A stretch of DNA of 64,000 bases, from positions 1-64,000 of the forward strand of contig JBDKSP010000095.1 of the NCBI GenBank assembly GCA_039680575.1, given 5' to 3'. Positions 56,359-64,000 of the stretch are shown here, in pieces. Each line of letters starts with the position of its first letter. The first letter of the stretch is position 1. The notes below the pieces were generated by a model that was given only the letters and a program-made list of their open reading frames with translations, made no database searches and was not told where the DNA came from. Made by a program: the position numbers and the translations under genes. Source of the DNA: Armatimonadota bacterium (GTDB lineage: Bacteria > Armatimonadota > UBA5829 > DTLH01).

Positions 56359-58146
56359 GTGTTGAGATTAATTAAAAATACACATCGACTGATAACAGCA
56401 TTCTGTAACTCAGTCATAAAACGGCGCATCCTCACCGACCCCACCAAGTCCGCAAACATGAAACATAATGTGCGGCGGACTCTGGCGAGGATATTACCTA
56501 CGCTTGCCGTAATGGTAATATCTCTTATAATCGCGCATTTTTACTACCAGCCTTTTTTTGTCCCGCAGAAGGTCCTTGCAGTCATTTATGGTGGAGCAGC
56601 CATTATTGTCCTCATGCTTCTCTGGCCGCGGCTGATACCTGCATTTTTTGCTACCGGCGCTTCTGTTATATTGGCTCTGGCAGTTATTCACTCAACGCCT
56701 GGCAAGATCATTACGGGGTTTTGCGCGCTTTTCGCCTTCGCGCTCATCGCCCGTAGGCTGGAAATCGGCATTATCGCTATCCTTATCCTCAATGCCAGCA
56801 TAATAAGTTCATCTGTAATTCCAAAACCTATTACGTTCGGTGGTATGGGGTTTAGTATAACAGAATTACTGCTCTTGTTCATGCTTGTGCTCGTGCTGTT
56901 TCGCACGGGTGCCGATCGCAAATTGAATCTTTTTCTAAACCCGATGGCAGGGATGCTATTCCTGTTCTACATAATGATATTAGGGTCCGTATGCCTGACA
57001 CTAATAAAAAACAGCATCAATCATTTCTCTGCGGTTGATTTCCGAACCATATATAATGCAGCACGACCACTATTCCAATATTCATTCTTCTTCGTGCTTC
57101 TTCTTGGTATTCAAAGTAAGGAACAACTAACCAGGGTAATTCGATCTGCAATATGGATTGCAGCTATCGTTTCGGTTCTTATGATAATCCAATATTTTAT
57201 TGCACCCAGCGGAAAATCGGTTTTTCTTGGAAGACCAGACTATATAATAACAATAAGCGATTCTAAAGAAGATGCCAATGTTGCTCGTTCCGTCCCTCCT
57301 GGACTTGCACTGATAGTGCCACTTTTCATTGTTACTATATTAGACGTAGCAAACAAAAAGATTCGCAATGCAAGCCTCAGTACAATAACAACAGCTATCC
57401 TAGGGCTGGGAATATTGTTCAGTTTCTATAGGAGTTTTTGGTTATCAACTATTATTGGTTTGTTTATCGCTTGGCTGTTTTCAAAGCGCCTTATAAAAGC
57501 AAGGCTAACATTATTCATCATTTCCAGTATTGTGCTTATGTTCGTTGGAAGCGTTGTGATAACAAATGTCGCATCTCCAATGGCCGGCCGTTTTGACCAA
57601 GCAATAATACATCGTTTCGCCTCTGTATTCAATTTATCAGCATTTAATTCTACATCTCTAAAAACCCGCTTTAATGAAAACCATAAAGCGATTAGTAATA
57701 TTAAAAAAAATCCAGTCTTTGGCATTGGAGTTGGCAATCCAATTCGATATGTACGAGCCGTAAATCCTATAACAAGAGGACAAGTATTAGTGCCAGTAAA
57801 TATGATGCACAATAGTTTTTTAGAATTATGGCTTGTATACGGCATATTCGGCGTTTTTTGTTTTGGAGGATTATCAACAATTTTCCTATTGAGATGTTAC
57901 CAGCTATTCAAAAAGGTGAACGACCCAATCTATAAGTCTTTTACACTTGCCTTTTTTGTCGCATATATTGGATATCTTCTTAGGTGTCAAACACAAATGC
58001 ACATTCTGCATGACATATCACAAATATCCACAGTAGCCTTTTTATGGGGCTTCATTGAAGTTGTATTGAGGTTTTACAGAGAAGGAAAGCTGCATGAAAA
58101 CCCACCGAATTCCACTAAATGCAAGAACAGCCTTGTGCAACGCTAG
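56359..58146 (+). CDS. O-antigen ligase / Wzy_C-family membrane protein
   Basis: Many TM segments, SFYRSFWL, PVFGIGVG, MHNSFLELW; start may be ATG 56458. Confidence 0.85.
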   Translation: MLRLIKNTHRLITAFCNSVIKRRILTDPTKSANMKHNVRRTLARILPTLAVMVISLIIAHFYYQPFFVPQKVLAVIYGGAAIIVLMLLWPRLIPAFFATGASVILALAVIHSTPGKIITGFCALFAFALIARRLEIGIIAILILNASIISSSVIPKPITFGGMGFSITELLLLFMLVLVLFRTGADRKLNLFLNPMAGMLFLFYIMILGSVCLTLIKNSINHFSAVDFRTIYNAARPLFQYSFFFVLLLGIQSKEQLTRVIRSAIWIAAIVSVLMIIQYFIAPSGKSVFLGRPDYIITISDSKEDANVARSVPPGLALIVPLFIVTILDVANKKIRNASLSTITTAILGLGILFSFYRSFWLSTIIGLFIAWLFSKRLIKARLTLFIISSIVLMFVGSVVITNVASPMAGRFDQAIIHRFASVFNLSAFNSTSLKTRFNENHKAISNIKKNPVFGIGVGNPIRYVRAVNPITRGQVLVPVNMMHNSFLELWLVYGIFGVFCFGGLSTIFLLRCYQLFKKVNDPIYKSFTLAFFVAYIGYLLRCQTQMHILHDISQISTVAFLWGFIEVVLRFYREGKLHENPPNSTKCKNSLVQR

Positions 58147-58213
58147 AAGCCTTTATTATTGCATTTGAACACTCTTAAATGAATCCAAGCGTTATGAAAG
58201 GTGTGATAGTTTT

Positions 58214-59404
58214 ATGCAAAAGGATAATAAACCACGAGACTACATAAATAAACAACCAACTGTTGCGTTATTGCTAGGAACAATGGCGCATCGTCGTATA
58301 ACTAATACTTTCAAAGGTATTGAACCGCGATATAATGCATATGTAGTATCGGCTCAAAACACATATCCAACTGGCGGAGATCTTGGTTTTCCTGAAAAAA
58401 AGTGTACTACTCTTTCTGACATTACAAAACACATACCTAAAATAAGGCACAATATTTCATGGGACCTAAAACATTACACATTCGGTATTGAGTCAGCTTT
58501 AGCTGATGCAGATGCTGTTATATCTCATTCAATAGATGCACTATATGCATATCAAGCAACTCTCTATTGTGAGAAAAGAGAAATACCTTCAATTATACAG
58601 GAAGTAACACTTATACCGCTTTTGCACCTCGGTAGTCGGTATTATAAATATAGAGAGAAAACGATATCCTCTGCAAAATATATAATTGCCGTAACAGAGA
58701 GAGCTAAAATTACGCTTGAACTTGAAGGAGTACCTTCTGACAAGATAAGGGTGGTACCATTCGGCATAGATACTGAAATGTTCAACCCTAATGTATCCAC
58801 TGTTGGCGTACGCGAGAGTCTCGGACTTAGCGAGGAGGACATTGTAGTTCTTTATGTCGGGAACATTCACTGGGAAAAAGGTCTATATGATTTACTAAAC
58901 GCAGCGAAACTACTTTCTGATGATCCTACTGTCAAAAAACGAAGACTGCGTTTTGTATTATTTGGTAGTACCGGCGCCGCATCAGAAGAACTACGAAAAC
59001 GAATAAGTTATTTTGGTTTATCAGAGCAATTTATACTGCCAGGGGCAATAGATTATGATAAACTACCACCAATATATGCATCATCTGATATGGTAGTATT
59101 AGCCAGCATTCCTGGGAAAGTGGTCCTTGAATCAGCACCTCTTGTTCTACTTGAAGCAATGGCATCCGGTGTACCGGTGATAGGTACTTACTGCGGAGGA
59201 ATACCGGAAATACTCGGCAATGACGGTATACTTGTCCAACCTGCCGATACCATTAGTTTACGTGATGCAATAAAACAACTGGCTATTGATTCTGAATATC
59301 GGCGCGAGCTTGGTTCTGCTGGACTCGCAAGAATCAAACGGCTTCACGACTCCAGAATCGTAAGTGCCCAATATGCAGACATCCTGGATGAGGCGCGTTC
59401 ATAA
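58214..59404 (+). CDS. GT4-family glycosyltransferase
   Basis: VPFGIDTEMF, YVGNIHWEKG, LLEAMASGVPVI, GGIPEI. Confidence 0.92.
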   Translation: MQKDNKPRDYINKQPTVALLLGTMAHRRITNTFKGIEPRYNAYVVSAQNTYPTGGDLGFPEKKCTTLSDITKHIPKIRHNISWDLKHYTFGIESALADADAVISHSIDALYAYQATLYCEKREIPSIIQEVTLIPLLHLGSRYYKYREKTISSAKYIIAVTERAKITLELEGVPSDKIRVVPFGIDTEMFNPNVSTVGVRESLGLSEEDIVVLYVGNIHWEKGLYDLLNAAKLLSDDPTVKKRRLRFVLFGSTGAASEELRKRISYFGLSEQFILPGAIDYDKLPPIYASSDMVVLASIPGKVVLESAPLVLLEAMASGVPVIGTYCGGIPEILGNDGILVQPADTISLRDAIKQLAIDSEYRRELGSAGLARIKRLHDSRIVSAQYADILDEARS

Positions 59405-59437
59405 TGATCGCAAGCAAGATTTACCAGGTGATTATTC

Positions 59438-60901
59438 ATGGGTGATACTGCACGTAGTGTATTGCGCAATTCATTCGCTAGCACGGCAGGGCAATTCATA
59501 AATCTAGCAGTTGGTATTATATCTAATGTTTACGTAGCCAGATCGCTTGGCGTAAGCCAGTTTGGGATGTTCAACTGGGGTCTGGGCATGGCGACACTTG
59601 TTGGTCCTCTTGCTAATGCAAGTATAGACAATGTCATTGTCCGGAATGTTGCACGCAACAAACGCGAACTACCTGAATTATTCGCCAGCGCAATGTTTAT
59701 AAAAGCACTGGCATCAACCATCTGCTACTTTGGAATAATCTTATACATATATTTACGGGGTTATACTGGACTTCAACTTTTTGTGGGTTATATACTCTGT
59801 GCTATTGTTATAACTGAAAGTCTTGGTTATGCCTGCCGTTCAAGTCTGGTGGCACTTGAGCAACAAACTATTACCGCAACCATCTCTGTAATTGTCAATA
59901 CATTACGAGTTGCACTGGTAGTAACCTTCGTAAGATATGGGTTCAATATCCTAGCAGTTTCGATCATATCATTTGGGGCATCAGCGGCTACATTCATTGC
60001 ACAAACTGCAGCTATCAAAAAATATTCGCACCCCAGTGATAGTTGGGTGCCAAGAATGCGCTCCATAAAGTGTCTTCTGGTTGGTGGCATGTCGTATATG
60101 GCCTCAACTGTCTTTGCTGGGGTGTTCGACCGTATAGATTTTGTACTTCTAGAAATATATTGTGGTGTGAATGAGGTTGGCATTTATAGCGCAGCTTATC
60201 GTATTCTGGAGATTATGACGATGATTGCGCTTAACTTCGGGTGTGCAATATTCCCAATACTGTCCCGTCAGGTCAAAGATTCCAGATCGGCACACGCAAC
60301 GACTTTATTAAGAGCAACGAAGTATCTTTTAATCTTTGGCATTCCTTTTTCCACTAGTATTTGTCTCTTGAGCCATGACCTTATGGTTGGTCTGTATTCA
60401 TCACGTTTCTCCGCAGCGGGAACATGTCTAGCAATGCTAGCCTGCAGCCGTATATTATTATTTGCAATAATTCCCGGGCAACAGTCCGTTCAAGCGCGTA
60501 ACGCCCAAATCTGGCTTGCTCCACCCGCAATTATAAGGACTATAGTCAATCTTGGTATAAATCTACTCCTTATACCACGCTATGGATTTCTCGGTGCAAG
60601 CATCGCAATGCTGATTTCCGAACCCATATACCATATACTGATTTACCTATTTGCATTCAGAGGAATCGAACGATTTAACCCTCTTGCGCTTATGATACGG
60701 CCTGTTCTTGCAAGTATATTTATGGCTGGTGAAATTTTATTACTGCGTCCCTATAGTGCTATTTTTAGTGCTATTATCGCTATTCCAACATACTTACTCG
60801 CGTTTTATTTCCTCGGTGGAATAGATGTCTATGATAAACAGCTTATCATAAAACTTATCAGTAATATCAAACCGTCAAAAAAGAATCGATGTGAATCATA
60901 A
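59438..60901 (+). CDS. wzx: Wzx-type polysaccharide flippase
   Basis: YVARSLGVSQFG, RIDFVLL, VGIYSAAYR, IFPILSR, LLIPRYGFLGASIA. Confidence 0.9.
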   Translation: MGDTARSVLRNSFASTAGQFINLAVGIISNVYVARSLGVSQFGMFNWGLGMATLVGPLANASIDNVIVRNVARNKRELPELFASAMFIKALASTICYFGIILYIYLRGYTGLQLFVGYILCAIVITESLGYACRSSLVALEQQTITATISVIVNTLRVALVVTFVRYGFNILAVSIISFGASAATFIAQTAAIKKYSHPSDSWVPRMRSIKCLLVGGMSYMASTVFAGVFDRIDFVLLEIYCGVNEVGIYSAAYRILEIMTMIALNFGCAIFPILSRQVKDSRSAHATTLLRATKYLLIFGIPFSTSICLLSHDLMVGLYSSRFSAAGTCLAMLACSRILLFAIIPGQQSVQARNAQIWLAPPAIIRTIVNLGINLLLIPRYGFLGASIAMLISEPIYHILIYLFAFRGIERFNPLALMIRPVLASIFMAGEILLLRPYSAIFSAIIAIPTYLLAFYFLGGIDVYDKQLIIKLISNIKPSKKNRCES

Positions 60902-60942
60902 CACTATCTAGATAACGTCAATAGCATTGATGAGGTATTCAC

Positions 60943-61527
60943 ATGTTGAATGAGCAAGTTGTAAATGAACTTAAAGAAAGCGCCAATGTCAAGCTCAAAC
61001 TTGCTGAAGAGGGCGCTGAAACAATAATCGAAATAGCGAATATACTCGTGGATGCACTTTCCAAAGGACATACTGTGCTTTTCTGCGGGAATGGCGGAAG
61101 TGCGGCTGACGCACAGCATCTTGCCGCAGAACTCCTTGGCAAGTTTAAAATGGAGCGTAAAGCACTTCCTGCTATAGCGCTGACCGTCAACACATCCGCT
61201 TTGACGGCAATTGGCAACGATTATTCCTACGACAACATATTCGAGCGGCTGGTAGAGGCACATGGACGTGAGGGAGATGTAATTCTAGGCATATCGACCA
61301 GCGGGAACTCGAAAAACGTTGTAAAAGCTATTGTAAAAGCACGGGAAATCGGGATGAAGACAGTGGCATTCTGCGGTTTTACGCCTGGCGCTATCGGAGA
61401 AAAGGCCGATATATGCCTTACAGTTCCGTCCAAAGATACCCCGCGGATTCAAGAAGCTCATATCACAGCAGGACATATTATCTGCGGGCTTGTCGAACGC
61501 AAGCTGTTCGGAGACTTGAAGCAATGA
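60943..61527 (+). CDS. gmhA: Sedoheptulose-7-phosphate isomerase
   Basis: CGNGGSAADAQHLAAEL, AIGNDY, ISTSGNS, TPRIQEAH. Confidence 0.97.
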   Translation: MLNEQVVNELKESANVKLKLAEEGAETIIEIANILVDALSKGHTVLFCGNGGSAADAQHLAAELLGKFKMERKALPAIALTVNTSALTAIGNDYSYDNIFERLVEAHGREGDVILGISTSGNSKNVVKAIVKAREIGMKTVAFCGFTPGAIGEKADICLTVPSKDTPRIQEAHITAGHIICGLVERKLFGDLKQ

Positions 61528-62615
61528 GCACTACCGCGCTAATACTCGCCGGAGGCGCTGGGACAAGGCTCAGGCCTCTTACTTATCACCGGCCAAAACC
61601 GATGGTGCCTATAGCAAATAAGCCTATTCTGCAGTATCAGATGGAACTTATGAGAAGACATGGTATTAGCGAAATCGTCCTATGTGTCGGCGCAGGCACT
61701 GATGCCGTTAGGGACTACTTCGGAAACGGCGATAGCCTTGGGATCAAAATCCATTATTCCATTGAGGATACTCCTCTTGGTACTGCCGGCGCGGTCAAAA
61801 ATGCTGAACAATACCTGGGCAGTGGCAGCTTTCTGATTATGAATGGCGATGGACTTGTTGATTATGACTTGTCCTCCATAATAAGCTTCCACTACTACAA
61901 AAATGCCGATGTTACAATCGGTCTGATGAAAGTCCCCACCCCCACCCCTTGCGGTATCGTAAAGACAGATAGTGACAACCGGGTGATTTCGTTCGAAGAA
62001 CCCGATAAAACGCAAAAGAAGACGCTCGGGACAAATGCTGCCACAACCGGCTTCGCATTAGTCAATGCCGGTGTATATCTCATCTCATCCGAGTCACTTA
62101 GGTCGATACCAAAAGGCCGTGAATTTTCGATGGAAAGTGAATTCTTCCCATCGATGATTGCAAACGGTAAAAATGTCTATGCATCGCTTTTATTTGGTAA
62201 AGGGCTCGATATCGGCGCTCCGAACCAGTATCTTAACGCGCATTATGAGCTGTTTGCAGGGAAGATCGACGCGGAAATTGCCGGACAACCCACCGAAGGC
62301 GGCTACCGGATGGAAGGCGATTCCGAAATCGATCCATCGGCGAAAATTGACTCGGGTGTATATATCGGCCCCGGCTGCAGAATCGGACCTCATGCGAAAA
62401 TCAGTGAATATTCGTCGGTTGGTCCTGGCTGTATCATCGGAGAGAATACGGTGATAAATGCCAGCGCGTTGCTTGAAAATGTAACAATAGGCAATAATTG
62501 CCTGCTCAGGGCATGCATAATCGACTGTGATAGCACTGTCGGTGATGATATCACGCTGGGAAATGAATCGATCTTACCAAAAGGGAGTGTGCTTAAAGCC
62601 ATTTCCAACCGATAA
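61524..62615 (+). CDS. Sugar-1-phosphate guanylyltransferase (HddC / mannose-1-P guanylyltransferase type) with LbH tail
   Basis: ILAGGAGTRLRPLT..RPKPM, EDTPLGTAGA, NGD, NAGVY; ATG 61524 overlaps the gmhA TGA. Confidence 0.88.
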   Translation: MSTTALILAGGAGTRLRPLTYHRPKPMVPIANKPILQYQMELMRRHGISEIVLCVGAGTDAVRDYFGNGDSLGIKIHYSIEDTPLGTAGAVKNAEQYLGSGSFLIMNGDGLVDYDLSSIISFHYYKNADVTIGLMKVPTPTPCGIVKTDSDNRVISFEEPDKTQKKTLGTNAATTGFALVNAGVYLISSESLRSIPKGREFSMESEFFPSMIANGKNVYASLLFGKGLDIGAPNQYLNAHYELFAGKIDAEIAGQPTEGGYRMEGDSEIDPSAKIDSGVYIGPGCRIGPHAKISEYSSVGPGCIIGENTVINASALLENVTIGNNCLLRACIIDCDSTVGDDITLGNESILPKGSVLKAISNR

Positions 62616-62757
62616 ATATGTTGTGCTGTCTCATCAGCAGCTCGCATGCTTTATGTATAATTCTGATATGCTACAATAGAAGAGCTTAAGCTGCGATCCC
62701 GGTGTTATCTCACTAACAAATGCAGCTTAGCTTGGAAATGAGGAAGTTTTTATCGGT

Positions 62758-63795
62758 ATGATAGTAAGGAGCAAAGCGCCACTAAGGATTAGTTTCGGCG
62801 GGGGCGGCACCGATGTATCGCCTTATTGCGAAGAGTACGGCGGCGCAGTACTTAGCACTACAATAAACAAGTATGCTTATGCCACACTCAGCACTCGTGA
62901 GGACTCCACGATTACCGTTACATCGTTGGACTACGACATCGTGGCAAAATACGGCTGTAATGACCGCCTCGTATATGACGGTGAACTCGACCTTGTAAAG
63001 GCAGCGATCAACAATATACGCGAAAAATGCGGCAAGAACAGCGACCCGACACAAAGCGGGCTTGATATATTCATGCACTCCGATGCTCCTCCCGGCAGCG
63101 GACTTGGTTCCTCGTCAACGATGGTTGTCGCACTCATCGGTATGCTTCAGCGCTATCTCAATCTCCCACTGACCAGCTATGAAATTGCCCAATTGGCCTA
63201 CACGGCTGAAAGGGTCGATCTCGGCATCAAGGGTGGTAAACAGGACCAGTATGCCGCTACGTTCGGCGGGTTCAATTACATAGAGTTTTACAGCTCATCC
63301 GTCGTCGTGAACCCACTTAGAATCAATTCCGAATACCTTAATGAGCTTGAATACAACCTGCTGCTCTGTTACACAGGAAAGACCCGGCTCTCCGCTCATA
63401 TTCTGGACCGGCAGATAGGTTCTGTCGAAAGCAATAAGGTTTCTGTAATGGATGCCCTTCATCAATCGAAGGAATTAGCGTTTTCTATGAAGAATGCGCT
63501 TCTCCAGGGCCGGACAAATGACTTCGGCGCTCTCCTACATGAAGCATGGGAGCAAAAGAAGCATCTCGATTCGTGTATAACGAACGAGCAGATCGACGAG
63601 CTATACGATGTAGCGAGAAAAAACGGCGCGATCGGAGGTAAAATCCTCGGAGCCGGCGGCGGTGGGTATCTGCTCATATACTGCGACTTCCGAAAGAAGC
63701 ACATAATTGCTGAAGAACTGGAGAAACACGGCGGACAGGTGGTACAGTTCAACTTTGATACTGCCGGACTTCAGACATGGTGCAGTTCCAGGTAA
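62758..63795 (+). CDS. hddA: GHMP kinase, D-glycero-alpha-D-manno-heptose-7-phosphate kinase
   Basis: APLRISFGGGGTDV, PPGSGLGSSS, GGKQDQYAATFGGFN, GGKILGAGGGG. Confidence 0.9.
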   Translation: MIVRSKAPLRISFGGGGTDVSPYCEEYGGAVLSTTINKYAYATLSTREDSTITVTSLDYDIVAKYGCNDRLVYDGELDLVKAAINNIREKCGKNSDPTQSGLDIFMHSDAPPGSGLGSSSTMVVALIGMLQRYLNLPLTSYEIAQLAYTAERVDLGIKGGKQDQYAATFGGFNYIEFYSSSVVVNPLRINSEYLNELEYNLLLCYTGKTRLSAHILDRQIGSVESNKVSVMDALHQSKELAFSMKNALLQGRTNDFGALLHEAWEQKKHLDSCITNEQIDELYDVARKNGAIGGKILGAGGGGYLLIYCDFRKKHIIAEELEKHGGQVVQFNFDTAGLQTWCSSR

Positions 63796-63873
63796 GCAGG
63801 CAAAGAAGTTGGAAAACACCTCGATTATATGGTGAATTTTCGATAGCTGCATAGTTGTGGAAGGAGTGCTTCC

Positions 63874-64000
63874 TTGATCGATGTATTGATACTTGTCCCC
63901 AAGCTTCCGTATCCGGTTATGGATGGAGACAGTGTAAGGCATTACAACCTGATAAAGAGACTCTCGAATGATTGCAATATATCACTGATCTGCTATTGCG
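63874..64000 (+). CDS. N-terminus of a probable GT4 glycosyltransferase (runs off the right edge)
   Basis: TTG after AAGGAG; MIDVLILVPKLPYPVMDGDSVRHYNLIKRL. Confidence 0.7.
   Translation, partial: MIDVLILVPKLPYPVMDGDSVRHYNLIKRLSNDCNISLICYC

Overview
Bacterial chromosomal window from a diderm, LPS-producing organism. The gene content and a recurrent secreted-protein module suggest phylum Armatimonadota (inference, not checked). Left end (1-2480): the right end of an element integrated at tRNA-Cys. It has a secreted cargo gene running off the window, a tyrosine integrase with a structured 5' leader, arm-type repeats and a 49-bp tRNA-Cys 3' fragment (att). Next come a stub of a second, related integrase fused to the 5' 130 nt of a group IIC intron sitting behind the ppdK terminator. 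Then ppdK, htrA, rtcA, a rhomboid protease, small unknown genes, murJ, tRNA-Pro(CGG), an RCC1-repeat secreted protein, a HEAT protein, larEBC (with an attenuator-like leader), a GH78 and a cold-shock gene. 23.5-51.4 kb is one long minus-strand outer-membrane/LPS cluster (lipB-tamB-bamA-skp-skp-like-lpxD-lpxC-fabZ-lpxA-lpxB-methyltransferase-msbA-DUF374-waaA::lpxK-lpxL-lolA-like-glycosyltransferases-unknown-heptose kinase). Its unusual points are a WaaA-LpxK fusion, an Ste14/LmtA-like methyltransferase, no visible LpxH/I/G, and ATA and CTG coupled starts. The right end holds DUF72, a non-catalytic GH38 fragment, a secreted protein and a surface-polysaccharide locus with GDP-heptose genes. All calls come from reading motifs by eye; no searches were run.
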